Shown piece after piece: positions 36,433 through 50,028 of a DNA stretch of 64,000 nt (within the stretch, counting starts at the first letter, position 1; each line of letters opens with the position of its first letter). The notes under the pieces are model-generated. The model had not been told where the DNA came from. It made no database searches and saw nothing but the letters and a program-made list of their open reading frames with translations. Source of the stretch: Mobula hypostoma (Eukaryota); assembly GCF_963921235.1 (NCBI RefSeq), contig NC_086097.1, positions 192,016,001 to 192,080,000 on the forward strand, given 5' to 3'. Position numbers and translations under genes: made by a program.

Positions 36433-38104
36433 CACTCAGTGGTCTTTCTATTAAGTACAGTAGGTACTGAATAAATGGGTATGAGTGTATGTTTGTGGTA
36501 ACAACAGCACTCACTGCGTCTTTGTCAACCTCTATAGTCTCTGCTGTAATACATCAACCAATCTGTACACAGCAAGATCCTGCAATCCACAGAGGGTGAC
36601 TATGTCTGGAACGGTAGTTATGGGGAACTCTCTGCCCTAACCCCAGAGTATGGGAAACAATAGTGACAGAGTCTAGGATCAGAGGGCACAGCCTCAAAAT
36701 ACAAGGACATCCCTATAGAACAGATATCCCAGGGAAGAGGAATAATGCATGAAGAGCATTTGATGGCTCAGGGCCTGTACTCATCGGAATTTAGAAGAAT
36801 AAGTGTTGGGGGGGATCTCATTGAATATTGAAAGGCTGAGAAGAGTGGATGTGGAGAGGATATTTCCCGTATCAGGGGAGTTTAGGACCAAAGGACACAA
36901 GCTCGGAATAGAAGGACGTCCCTTTAGAACAGAGATGGGGATGAATTTCTTTAGACAGAGTATATTTGTGTGCAATTAATTGCCACAGATGGCTATGGAG
37001 GCCATGGCGATGAATATATTTAAAGAGGAGGTCAATAGTTTCTTGATTGACAAGGGTGTCAAAGATTACAGGGCAAAGGTAGGTGAATGGGAAAATAAGT
37101 CAGCTATGATGGAATGGCAGAGCAGACTTGATGGTCTGAATGGTCTAATTCTGCTCCTACATTTTATGGTCTTATGGTCTTCTCCTGCTGTATCTCATTC
37201 ACTTCAAGGTTCAACTTGTTATGCATTTAGAGATGTCCCTCTGCATACCACCATTGTAAAGTGTAGTTACTTGAGTTACTGTCACCTTCCTGTCAGCTTG
37301 AACCAGTTTGGCCACTCTTCTCTGGCCCCTCATATTAACACGATGCTTCACTACAGAGAATTGCCACTCACTGGAAGTTTTTGTTTTTCACACCATTCTC
37401 TGTAAACACGAGAGAGACTTTGGTGCATGAAAATTGTAGGAGATCAGCAGTTTCTGCGATATTCAAACCACCCCATCTGGCACCAAGAATCATTCCATAG
37501 TTAAAGTCACTTAGATCACATTTGTTCCTCATTCCGATGTTCGCTGTGAACAGCACCTGAACCTCTTGACCATGTCTGCATGCTTTTATGCACCAAGCCA
37601 GATTAAAAATACTAAGTCATCAAGGCCAGGGCAAAGGACAAACTGGTGTTCAGCTCCATACTCATGTCAAGCTTGACTTGCCCCAGCACTGAACTGATTC
37701 TGCAGCTGCAGCCTGCAGCCATCAGTACTTGTCTCAGTGTTGAACTGACCATGCAGCTGTGCAGCCTGCAGTCATTGGGCTGCAATGCTGAACTGTCCTC
37801 ATGGCTGTAGACTCACTTGTGGTTTATATTCTGTGTATTATTTCTTCACTCTTTTTGTTTGCATGATCTGTTTTTTATCACACATGGGATGTTTGATGGA
37901 CTTATGGTGTGGGCTTTTTCATGGGTACTATTGTATTTCATTCTTTGTTTTGAGGCTTCCCGCAAGAAGAAGGTATATGGTATATACTTTGATAATGTGT
38001 AATTTGAACTTTGAACTTTGAGTTGCTGCCACGTGATAGGCTGATTAGATATTTGCATTCATGAGCACATTTGCAAGTGTACCTAATAAAGTGGCCATTG
38101 AGTG
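36433..38104 (-). mobile_element. Tc1-like DNA transposon (non-autonomous) containing nested CR1 (about 36640-37175) and Rex1 3' (about 37600-38020) fragments
   Basis: TA-flanked imperfect TIRs CACTCAGTGGTCTTTCTATTAAGTACA / TGTACCTAATAAAGTGGCCATTGAGTG; ORF 37368-37556 (KCDLSDFNYGMILGARWGGLNIAETADLL) resembles a Tc1 N-terminal HTH. Confidence 0.85.
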
Positions 38105-39369
38105 TATATTTCTCTACCTTCTTTAAATCCTGAAGAATGAAGAATAAATACTATCTGTAAATGCCTCCATCACTTCAGCTTGTAAACCTCAGTAATATAC
38201 ATCTTAACAATCTCCTGTTGCACTATCCTAATCAGGCAGTTTGTCTCTTTCTAATGCTATATTAGAAAACCTAACCAAAACAAGCAAGTGAAATTATGTC
38301 CAGACTAAGACTTGATCTAAATCTTCTCTCTTTATATGGTACACATGAAGCTGATATGCTACCAGTAATCAGCTTTATACTTAAATCCTAGCATAATGCT
38401 TTGTAAGTGTTTGAATATGCGCAAAATACAAGAAACCAATTTACAATAATCCTGTGAACTATATCAAATATCTTCTATCTAAACTAATTTACAATAAGTA
38501 TGTATATGTAGAGGTAACATTGAGCAAAATCATTTCTTTTATTGCCACTACAAAGTTTGAACTATCATTTATACCTACTCATTTTCTTTGTCCTGACCTC
38601 AGTAACAAAACATAATAAATCTGATCTCCCAGATTATAGTTGACTAAATTAGAGAAAAAAAACAATGACTACTTATATTTCCATCAAAACTCAAATAATA
38701 CTACAATACACTGTTTGAGTACTTCAGGTGGTTCAGTATTCGGTAAAGTTTGCTGTGCTCCCTGTCTTCTTACCTGGGCCCACTTGCTGTGCTCCCCTTC
38801 TACTCACCTTTATATTAGACCATGAAACATCTAAACAATCAAAGTAAAAAACTATTCAGATATTGATGGAAAGGACTTTCAATAGTTTGTGACATCTGCC
38901 AATCCAGGAGCACCAAAACCCTGAGCATTTAGAGATTTCCACTTTCTCAAATTGTTCTTTACAGTCAACGAATTGCAATGTATTGTAGGCAAACAAAGGG
39001 AGATCAATATGTACTGAAGTCCGACAGCAGCTGCAAGATCATTGACTGGAATTTCCATTATTAGTGGAGTTGGTTAAAGTATTGAATAGTAACAATGAAA
39101 CTTCCCTACTGCACTTCAAATTTTGCTTTTGCACAGTTTACAAGACCACTTTAATATGCAAAAATAAGACATCTGTACTTGTTGCTTGCACTATTAGCTG
39201 TATAGTACAGTGTAGAAGTCAGTGGGACAGGAATTTTGGAAGTGCAAGCAACCATATTTTTCATTTTAAAAAGTTAGGTTTCAATAGCTAAATGTTAGCC
39301 CTGCAAAGAGGTATCAGCCTAGATAATGTGCTCTGGTCCCTGTCTGGGAATCACAGCAACAAACCTCTG

Positions 39370-39815
39370 CAACACATACAAAATGCCGGAGGAACTCAGC
39401 AGGCCAGGTAGCGTCTTCGGAAAAGAGCATAGTCAACGTTTCGGGCCAAGACCCTTCATCAGGACTGGAAAAAAAAGATGAGGAATCAGAGTAGGAAAGT
39501 GGGAGGAGGGAAGGAAGCCACAAGGTGACAGATAAAATTGGGAGAGGTGAAGTAAAGAGCTGGGCAGTTGATTGGTGAAAGAAATGGTGCAGGAACACCA
39601 GAGAGGGGTGATGGGCAGGTAAGGAGATAAGATGAGAGAGGGAGAAAAGGGAATGGGGAATAGGGAATGGTGAAGGGGACATTACTGAAAGTTCAAGACA
39701 TCGATGTTCAGGCTATCAGGCCGGAGGCTACCCAGACAGAATATAAGGTGTTGCTCCTCCAACCTGTGAGGCCTCATTGCAACAGTAGAGGAGGCCATGG
39801 ACTGACATGTCCATG
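39370..39815 (-). mobile_element. PLE 3' fragment with terminal repeat
   Basis: Similar to 6600-7100 (RLEEQHLIFCLGSL-type C-terminus, pyrimidine-rich UTR, terminal repeat). Confidence 0.8.
39431..39466 (-). ncRNA. Minimal hammerhead ribozyme motif, intact core and 4-bp stem I
   Basis: Rev-comp reads AGUC CUGAUGA AGGGUCUUGGCCC GAAACGUU GACU. Confidence 0.7.
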
Positions 39816-40764
39816 ACTAGGAGGTGAAGGTGATAGCACCACCAAAATTGATATTTATGTTACAAAAAATTCTGCAGGTAATATCATGCATTGTAGATAC
39901 GTATATATATCTTTAAAAATTGTGAAACAAACTGCTATTCAGAAAACACAGGTCCCAGCATCTCACAAAAGGAGAACAAAGATGGTGTGCCAGAAGATGT
40001 GCTGAGAATGCCTACAAAGTTTACACTGTCATTATTCAATATTTCACTCCCGTTAACCAGGAAGATTGCAGGCCCGTCATCTACCAGGTGGAAAAATTAG
40101 AGGAGAAAACAAAAGCTGAGGACCATTGGGAACAGTTCCTGGCAATGTTTCAGTTTGGTGGAAATGACAGTGTGGGAGGGCAGGATAGCTAACATGACCT
40201 CCTATTATGAAGAAGGGTAATTGACTTGAAATATGAACTCTGTTTCTCTCCCTCTACATGAGATGTTGGCTGTTTTCAGTACTTGTTTTTATTTCAAATT
40301 TCCAGCATTTGCAGTTATTTTGTGTTTCTTTCACTTACTAGCAAACAAATGGAAAGAGGCCAGGTCTGCAGATTTGGAGGGTGGATGTCAGCTGTTTATT
40401 CCTAATGCCGAATCTGACTGTTTTCAGCTCCCTATAGACATCTGTTTTCCCAAGCAGTGGGTAATCTGTATGGCCAGCATTGACTTACTAAAGTAATTAT
40501 CCATCTAAATCGCTGATACAGCCAAAACTAGAAATAACATTGTAGCTGTGCTGGAATCTCCCTTACACCTCAATATGGGAAGTGCACATACAGAAACTAA
40601 GGTCTACAGAAACCAGGAATTGTAAATAAACATAGAAAATATTGAAAGTATTTGAACAAGGAACTACCTTTGAAGAAAACATATTTCTGGTTGATAACCT
40701 TCCACCAGATCTGTAGAATGGACATTCAGTGGGAACATTAATACTGTATATTAATTGGTAATTT

Positions 40765-41243
40765 GAGCATAAGACCATGGGATATAGGAGCAGAATTAGA
40801 CCATTTGTCCCATTGAGTCTACACTGCTGTTTCATCATGCTGATTTATTTTCCCTCTCAGCTTCAATCTCCTGTCTTCTCTCCATATCCCAACGTGCCTT
40901 GACTAAACAGGAATCCATCAACCTCTTCCTTAAATATACCCAATGACTTGGCCTCTACAATCACCTGTAGCAACAAATTCCACAGATTCACCACTCTCTG
41001 GCTAAAGAAATTCCTCCTCATCTCCACTCTAAAAAAACGTCCCTCTATTCTGAGGCTGTGTCCTCCGGTCTTAGATTCCCCGGCCATAGGAAATATCCTC
41101 TCCACATCCACTCTGTCAAGGCCTTTCAACATTCGATAGGTTTCATTCCAGTGAATAAAGGTCCAGAGCTATCAAACACTCCTCATATGACAAGCTTTTC
41201 AATCCTGGAAATATTTCTGTGAACCTTCTTTGAACCTTTTCCA
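40765..41243 (-). mobile_element. CR1 3' fragment
   Basis: ORF 40863-41132 (LKGLDRVDVERIFP...FFSQRVVNLWN) plus 3'UTR. Confidence 0.85.
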
Positions 41244-41469
41244 GAAGACAGAAGATAATCTCAGAAGACACAGAACAAGTGTGAAGAATAATAAATAAAT
41301 TGTCTAGGATATGAGGTCTCCTTTTACTTAATGGAAACCCATTATCTTTATTGGATTAGGGACTTCATATAAACACATTAACATATGTGCCTTCACTTCT
41401 CAATCAAATGTTTTTGGTACTTTTTACAGATTGATTTTGGTGAGCAACATCAGTCTGGTTCCTAGCAGC

Positions 41470-44400
41470 CGTCTCAACCCTATTTTCTTGCCTTCTCCCA
41501 ATAACCTTTGATGCCCTGATTAACCAAAAACTGAACAATTTCTGCATTAATTATATCCAATTAATTGGCATGCACATCTGTCTGTGGCAATGAATTTCAC
41601 AGATTTACCAACTGGTGCCTAAAGAAATTTTTCCTCATCTCTGTTGTAAATGGATATATGTACCTCTGTTCTTGGACTGTGCCCTCTGGTCCGAGACTTC
41701 CCCCACTATAGGAGACATCTCCTCCACATCCACATTATCTAGGTCTTTCAATATTCAAAAGTTGCAATGAGATTTCCCCCTCATTCTTCTGAACTCCAGT
41801 GAATACAGGCCCAGAGCAAATCAAACTCTCCTCATATGTTAACCCTTTCATTCTCATGAAACTCCTCTGGATCCACTCCAATGGCTGTACATCTTTTCTT
41901 AGATAAGGGGCCCCAAGCTTGCTCACAACACTCTGTGTGTTCTGACCAATGATTTAGGAAGCCATAGAATCCTTACTTTTCTATTCTAGTCCTCTTGAAA
42001 TGAATCCTGACATTGCATTTGCCTTCTTTACCACTGACTCAACCAGCAAGTTAACCTTTAGGGAATCCTGCACAAGGACACCCAAGTCCCATTGCACCTC
42101 TGGTTTTTGAATTTTCTGCCCACTTAGGAAATAGACCATGCCTTTATTCCTTCTACCAAAGTGCATGACAATACTCACCCCTACACTATATTCCTTCTGC
42201 CACTTCCTTGTCCATTCCCCTGTAGTGCCCTGGTTAGGATTTCTATTGCAATGCTGTAAGGTAGCTTATATTAGCAGTTTTCTGTAAAAGCAGTGTGCCA
42301 TGCTGGAAAGTGTGTTTTGGCTTTGGCTAAGACAAGGAGCCATGTTGTCTAACTTAGGAATGTGTGTCAGCCAATCAGGATTGTGGGACGTGTGAGAAGG
42401 TTCTAGGGAGTTGTGGGGAGGAGTTTTCTGAAGGACAGTAGGCTGGTTTGGGATCTTTTGGAGGTGGCTGTGGAGCGGTGCACAAGGGAAGATGCCACAG
42501 AATGCCATTGGAAGGAGAGACCCTCTTACAAGAAGTGCTTTGTGTAGGTGAATGGCTCCAAGGAGGCAGAGCAATACTCCTAAGAGAGAGAGCGAATTCA
42601 TTCGAGGTGGTCTTCGAGGGGAGTTCGAATTGTGGCGGGTGCTTTCACGCAGACAGTGGGTCAAGTGCTTGAGTAAAATGATACCCCCCAACTACTCCAT
42701 TATGAGCCCCAACGTTATGTGCACATTGGACTGTTTTTTTCCTATAGTGAGCTCATTTATTTTTCTTTTCTTTTCCTGTAACTGTTTGTTAAATTTGAAA
42801 ATCTGGTAAAGATACTTTATAATTTCAAGCTGGTGTATGATCTGTCATACCTGGGCTACTGTAAATGTGCATGGGCAGTATTTACACAGTATTCACTCAA
42901 ATCGAGGTTCCTTTAATTGGAACATCAGGATGTTCCTGTTTGGTTGAACCCCAAATCATACCGACCCTAGACCTGTATTGTTGACAAAATCTGCCCTTCT
43001 CACCGCTGAGACCCGTGGCTGTTAGCAGAATTAGCTAACGAGCCAAGTCTGTATACAAGCCACGGTGAGAAGGTTATACTCCCTACCTGTTTAAGTCCTC
43101 CTGCAGAAACCCTGCCTCCTCAATACTACCTGATCCTCCACCTATCTTTGTATCATTCACAAACTTGACCACAAAACCATTTATTCCTTCATCCAAATCA
43201 TTGACATATAACGTGAAAAGAAATGGTCCCAACACTGACCCCTGTGGCACACCGCTAGTCACTGGTAGCCAATCAGAAAAGGCTCCCTTCATTCCCACTC
43301 TTTTCCTCCTTCCTGTCAGTCAATCTTCTATACATGCTGGTAAACGTCCTGTTATTCCATGGGCTCTTACCTTATTAAGCAGTCTCATGTGCGCCATCTT
43401 GTCAGAGGCCTTCTGAAAATCCAAATAAACAACATCCACTGACTCTCCTTCATCTATTCTACCTGTTATTTCCTCAAGGAATTCCGACAGATTTGGTGGG
43501 TAAGATACCTCCTTTAGAAATCCAAGCTGACTTTGTCCTATTTCATCATGTGCCCGCAAGTACCCAAAATTTCAACCTTAATAATAGACTCCAATATTTT
43601 TTCAACCACTGAAGTCAGGCTAACTGGCCTATAATTTCCTTTGTTCTAGCTCCCTTCCTTCGTAAAGAGAGGAGTGACATTTGCAATTTGCAATATTATT
43701 GTCTAGGTTACCTTTATATTTCATCTTTTCTCTTCTTATGGTCTTTTTATTTGCCTTCTCTTGGGTTTTAAAAGTTTCCCAATCCTGTAACTTCTGAATA
43801 ACTTTTGATATTTCAATGTCTTTTCTTTTGATTTTATGCTGTCTTTGACTTCCTTTAGCCACAGTTGCTTGATCCTCTTTTTAGAATACTTACTCATCTT
43901 TTTGATGCATCTATCTTGTGCTTTCTGAATTGCCCCCAGAAACTTCAGCCATTGTAATTCTGCTGTCATCCCTGCTAGTGTCCCCTTCCAATCAACTTTC
44001 GCCAGCTCCTTTCTCATGCCTCCACCGTAATACTGATACATCCAATTTTAGCTTGGCCTTCTCCTTCTCAAACTGCAGGATTAATTCTATTATATTATGA
44101 TTACTGCCTCCTAAGAGTTCCTTTAATTTAATCTCCCTAATCAAATTTGGGTAATTATACAACACCCAATCCAGAATTGCCATTCCCCTAGACAGCTCAA
44201 CCACAAGCTGTTCTAAAAAGCCTTCTTGCAGGGATTCTACAAATTGCCTCTCTTGTGATCCAGCATCAACTTGATTTTCCCAATCTAACTGCTTACTGAA
44301 ATCCTCCATGAGTTTTGTAACATTGGCCCTTTACGTGCCTTTCCTATCTCCCTTTGTAATTTGTAGCCCATATCCTGGCTACAGTTTGGAAGCCTGTATA

Positions 44401-45235
44401 TAACTACTATCAGGCTCTTTTTACCTTTGCAGTTTCTTAACTCTAACCATAAGGACTCTACATCCTCCAATCCTATATAAAGGATTTGATTTCATTTTTT
44501 GTTATCAGTAGAGTCACACCACGCCTTCTGCTTACCTGCCTGTCCTTCTGATATGTTAAGCTCCCAATTATGTTCCCAAAAATGTCCACAAAATCATACC
44601 TACCAGTCTCTAATTGCATACTTTCAAATATAATGCTTTCAGTTCTGTTTTCATCATTTTTTTTTATCTTACACTTTAGCTCATCCAAATGACTGCAATT
44701 TTGCCCTATCATCTGCCTGTATTTTCTCACAGTCACACTACACAGTCCATCTAGTTGTCTACCAAATGCTCCATCCTCAGCCCTACCATTTCACTTCCAA
44801 TTCCACTGCAAAATTAGTTTAGATCCTCCCCCTCAGTTCTAGTAAATTTGCCCGTAGAGCTATTGGTCCCCCCTGGGTTCAGGTGTAACCCATCCTTCTG
44901 CAGTCATATCTTCCATGAAGAGATCTGATTGTTCCACAAGTCGAAACCCTGCCCCCTGAACCAGTTCCTCAGCCACCCATTCATCTGACAAATCATTCTA
45001 TTCTTATCCTCACTGGCACATGGCACAGGCAGCAATTCAAGGATTACTATCTGAGAGGTCTTGCTTTTCAGCTTTCTGCTTTCTGCCTACCTCCCTTCAG
45101 GACCTCCCCTCTTTTTCTACCTATTTTATTAAAACCAATATGTACAATGAGTTCTGACTGTTCATCCTATCCTTTTAGAATGCCATGGACCTGATCTGAG
45201 GCATCCCTGACCCTCACACCTGGGAGGCACCACCC
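41470..45235 (-). mobile_element. Long decayed CR1 (APE and RT) interrupted at 42221-43078
   Basis: Fragment ORFs include [33 protein letters not shown] and KFVNDTK. Confidence 0.88.
42221..43078. mobile_element. Probable solo LTR (about 858 bp) inserted in CR1
   Basis: CR1 sequence resumes on both sides. Starts TGTAG and ends GGTTATA (probably from GTTACA); flanks CCCC/CTCC; no recognisable protein. Confidence 0.55.
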
Positions 45236-45239
45236 GTGG

Positions 45240-46525
45240 GGAGCTCAGTAATTTCATCAAATTTCTTACCAACTTCTACTCGGCCCTCACGTTCATTTAG
45301 TCCATGTTCAACACCTCCCTTCCCTTTCTTGAAGGCTCTTGCTTCCATCTCAAGAGGAAGGCTTCCTCCTCACCTCCCCCAACATCATCATAATAGTTGA
45401 TGGAGTCATTTGTTATATTTCCTCACACTGCTTTCTTACAGATAAAAAAGGGATAGAGTTTGCTCAGTCCTTATCTTTCATCCTACCAGCCTCTGTATCT
45501 GACACATAGTTCTTCCACAATTCTGCCAGGTGCAATGTGATCCCACCACTAGCCACATCTTCGCTATTGTCTTTTTTTCTACGTTCTACAGAGCCCACTC
45601 TCTCTGTGACACCTTGGTTTATGCATCCCCCCCAACCCATCCCTCAGCCTCTCCCAAGTGCTTTCCCCTGCATCTACAGAAGGTTCAATATCTGCCGCTA
45701 TACCTCGTCCCTCACCACAATCTAGGGCCCTGAGCAGCCATTTCAGGGGAGGCAGAGGAGCCCATGTATCTCCTCCAACCTTGTCTATTTCACTTAAGGA
45801 TTTCGATGTGGCCTCCTCTATGTTGGTGAAATCAAGTGCAGACTCGGCGATTGCTTTCCTGAGCACCTGTGCCATAGACAAATAGAGATGCTAGTTGTAA
45901 GCCATTTTAATTTCCCTTCCCCTTCCACACCATCTTGGCTTCCTCCATTGCCAGGATGAAGCCAAATGCAAACTAGAAAAACAGTATCTCTTATTCATCC
46001 TGGATTCGGTATAACCTGATTGTATGAACGTTGAATTCTCCAGTTTCAGCTTGCCTGCTCTACATCTATTCTTACTTTTTGCCCTGTCCTTACCAGGTCT
46101 TCTCACATGCAACCTTCTTTCTAATCCATCCCCCAAACTCCCTATCTCCCAGTTTCTTTCACTCCCACCTACTCTATCTGTCCATCAACCACATACTTCT
46201 CCCATTGATTCCCTTCCCTCCACTGTTCCCATCTACAACTTATTTTCTGATCAGAACTCTATAATCTGCTGCCTACCTATCATCACCTCTCATCTCCTAA
46301 CCTCTATGACTATCTCTACCGTTTCCTGTCCCACATGACTCCAACATCTCCACAACCTAGCTCTTGCCTTATCCCTTGCCCCCACCTCTTTATACCGGTG
46401 ATCTTCCCTCTACTGTTTCCGTCCAGTTGAATTCAACTTGAAATGTCAATTCTCTGTATCTCTATGGATGCTGCCTCACCTGCTGTTCTTCAAGCAGCTT
46501 GTTTTTCAGATACCAGCATCTTATG
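45240..46525 (+). mobile_element. Older Penelope-like element 3' part with GIY-YIG remnant
   Basis: About 45775-45870 reads SNLVYFT*GFRCGLLYVGEIKCRLGDCFPEHL; a pyrimidine-rich UTR and a decayed terminal repeat follow. Confidence 0.78.
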
Positions 46526-48083
46526 TCTCCAGTAAAACCTTGTAGTTTCCACTGCTAAATCTTGTATTATTCCCATATATTTTTCACATCAATGTTGGCA
46601 CTTCTCCATCTTTACTTCATTTCTGTGCACTGAAACCCCTCCTTTCTCATCTCCAGACACCTCTCGAGCAAGGACAGATCTTCCACTGGAAAAACTTTGA
46701 TCCACTTCATCAATGTGTTTATTGGAACAAGGGTGTATTAGTAACCCATGGCCACTGTAGAGATATCAACATGAAGTTTATTTGAAGGTCGTCCAGGGCC
46801 CATCTAGTGGTTATGTACTCTATATTAGAGTAAAGTTCAAATGAATGCCAGGATTATGTTGCAAGCATACAGGATATCCATGAATATTATCTACAAATTG
46901 CTTCTCCCAGACTGAAGAGAAGAAATTTTTTCAGGGTGAGCTGTAGTAAATAATGACCACCAGAGAGGTGAGAATGCTACAGGTGAAACAGTCCTGAAAT
47001 GGAGGCACACTCTATCAGGAAGTTAATGGAGGCATTATGCATGAGAAATGCCTGGAATCTTGAAACAGACAATTACAATGAGCTTAAGGTGATGGTGCTG
47101 GTGGAGAATGACCTCTCAGCAGGCCTGTATAATTCGTATGTCTTCTCTAATGAGATAAGCTCACAGGATCAAGGGCAGACCTCTTCATTTCATGTTCTGT
47201 GGGTGCTGAGGTGACTGATGAGGCCATTGTAGGAGCTACAGTCTTCTCCACAGATTGGGTAGCATAGGCTAGGTGGATGGGTAGGATTTAGGTAGTGGGC
47301 CCTTCCTGCCATTTCTGGGTGTTTCAGATGTGTCACTTTGAGGTTCCCAATACTACCCCAAATGTGTCTTCACTACTTTGCATAATCTTGACAGGGAATG
47401 GAGGGAAGGTTGCATTCTTAAATCTTTTCCCCTTTTTTACATGGAAATCTGTTTCTGGGACATGTTGTAATGTTCAAGTATACTGTAGTGTTTGCTGTCG
47501 ATATTCCAGGTTTCAAGACCATATGCGAGGGCAGGAATTACTACTGTTGCAAAACCATGGGTTTTGAGCAAGATTCAGATCATGATTTCCCAGTACCCTT
47601 ATGCCGAATTGACCAAAGACTATGCTGGCAGAATGAAGACAATGATAGACATTATCATTAATATTTGCCTCTGCTGAGAGACAGCTACCAAGATACAGGA
47701 AATGGTGTAATTTCCCAGGTTCCCTGCATTGTATCTTTATTATTTTATTTTATTGAGATGCAGTGCAGTATAAGCTTTTCTGGCCCTTTGAGCCCTGATT
47801 GAATCCTAGCATAATCATGTGACAATTTACAATGACCAAGTAACCTACCAACCGTTATGTCTTTGGACCGTGGGAGGAAACTGGAGCACCCTGAAGAAAA
47901 TAATTTGACAGGGGACTAGGAACTGGAGTGAAGGGACTCAGGATAGGGTGGATGGTAAAAGAGAAAAGATAGCATGCAGTCAGACTATCAGGAAGAGCAG
48001 GCAGATGATAGGACAAAATTGCAGCCAGTAGGGTGATTATTGGTGCATTAGGGATGCAGAATCAAAAAAGGCAGCAAATATAG

Positions 48084-49217
48084 TAGAAACATAGAAACAT
48101 AGAAAATAGGTGCAGGAGTAGGCCATTCGGCCCTTCGAGCCTGCACCGCCATTTATTATGATCATGGCTGATCATCCAACTCAGAACCCAGCCTTCCCTC
48201 CATACCCCGTGACCCCTGTAGCCACAAGGGCCATATCTAACTTCCTTTTAAACATAGCTAATGAACTGGCCTCAACAGTTTGCTGTGGCAGAGAATTCCA
48301 CAGATTCACCACTCTCTGTGTGAAGAAGTTTTTCCTAACCTCGGTCCTAAAAGGCTTCCCCTCTATCCTCAAACTGTGACCCCTCGTTCTAGACCTCCCC
48401 AACATCGGGAACAATCTTCCCGCATCTAGCCTGTCCAATCCCTTTAGGATCTTATACGTTTCAATCAGATCCCCCCTCAATCTTCTAAATTCCAACGAGT
48501 ACAAGCCCAGTTCATCCAGTCTTTCTTCATATGAAAGACCTGCCATCCCAGGAATCAATCTGGTGAACCTTCTTTGTACTCCCTCTATGGCAAGGATGTC
48601 TTTCCTCAGATTAGGGGACCAAAACTGCACACAATACTCCAGGTGTGGTCTCACCAAGGCCTTGTACAACTGCAGTAGTACCTCCCTGCTCCTGTACTCG
48701 AATCCTCTCGCTATAAATGCCAGCATACCGTTCGCCTTTTTCACCGCCTGCTGTACCTGCATGCCCACTTTCAATGACTGGTGTATAATGACACCCAGGT
48801 CTCGTTGCACCTCCCCTTTTCCTAATCGGCCACCATTCAGATAATAATCTGTTTTCCTATTTTTGCCACCAAAGTGGATAACTTCACATTTATCCACATT
48901 AAATTGCATCTGCCATGAGTTTGCCCACTCACCCAACCTATCCAAGTCACCCTGCATCCTCTTAGCATCCTCCTCACTGCTAACACTGCCACCCAGCTTC
49001 GTGTCATCCGCAAACTTGGAGATGCTGCATTTAATTCCCTCATCCAAGTCATTAATATATATTGTAAACAACTGGGGTCCCAGCACTGAGCCTTGCGGTA
49101 CCCCACTAGTCACCGCCTGCCATTCTGAAAAGGTCCCGTTTATTCCCACTCTTTGCTTCCTGTCTGCTAACCAATTCTCCACCCACACCAATACCTTACC
49201 CCCAATACCATGTGCTT
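48084..49217 (-). mobile_element. Very young 5'-truncated CR1 with an uninterrupted 336-aa RT C-terminal ORF
   Basis: ORF 48181-49191 has [28 protein letters not shown] and TRGH with no stops; (TTTCTATG)n tail. Confidence 0.95.
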
Positions 49218-49560
49218 GGAGAGTTTTATCTCAATGCACAGAGTGTAAGAAATAAGGTGAATGATCTTGTTGCACTATTACAGATTGTTGGGTATGATGT
49301 TGTGGCCATCACTGAATCATGGTTGAAGGATGGTTGTAGTTGGGAGCTGAATGTCTAAGATTACGTATTGTATTGGAGGGATAGGAAGGTAGGCGGAGGG
49401 GGTGGTGTGGTTCTGCTAGTAAAGAGTGGCATCAAATCAGTAGAAAAATGTGACATAGGATCGGAAGATGTTGAGTTCTTGTGGGTTGAGTTAAGAGACT
49501 GCAAGGGTAGAAGGACCCTGATGGCAGTTATATACAGGCCTCCAAACAGTAGCTGGGATA

Positions 49561-50028
49561 TCCGAATCAGAATTAGGTTTATTATCACCAGGATGTGTCA
49601 TGAAATTTGTTAACTTAGCAGTAGCAGTTCAATGCAATACATAATATAGAAGGAAAAAGAAATAAATAAATCAATTACAGTATATGTATATCGAATAGAT
49701 TAAAAATTGTGCAGAAACAGAAATAATAGATATGTGAAAAGTGAGGTAGTGTTCATGGGTTCAATGCCCATTTAGGAATCAGATGGCAGAGAGGAAGAAG
49801 CTGTTCCTGAATCGCTGAGTGTGTGCATTCGGGCTTCTGTATCTCCTACCTGATGGTAACAGTTAGAAAAGGGCATGCCCTGGGTGCTGGGTCCCTTAAT
49901 AATGGAAGCTGCTTTTCGGAGACACCGCTCCTTGAAGATGTCCTGGGTACTTTGTAGGCTAGTACCCAAGATGGAGCCGACTAAATTTAGAACCCTCTGC
50001 AGCTTCTTTTGATCCTGTGCAGTAGCCC
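49561..50028 (-). mobile_element. Rex1/Babar 3' fragment nested in CR1
   Basis: RCLRKAASIIK remnant; 3'UTR matches 15366-15800. Confidence 0.82.

Noticed and set aside
42266..42809. ORFs of 74-141 aa within the 858-bp insert
   Set aside because: No gag, pol or env motifs; overlapping ORFs on both strands suggest chance
46796..46813. CTCF-like motif (rev-comp CCACTAGATGGGC)
   Set aside because: Mismatch at a conserved core position; a single motif cannot be supported from sequence alone
47470..47677. Overlapping short ORFs in unique sequence with an acceptor-like site
   Set aside because: No recognisable domain and no partner exons
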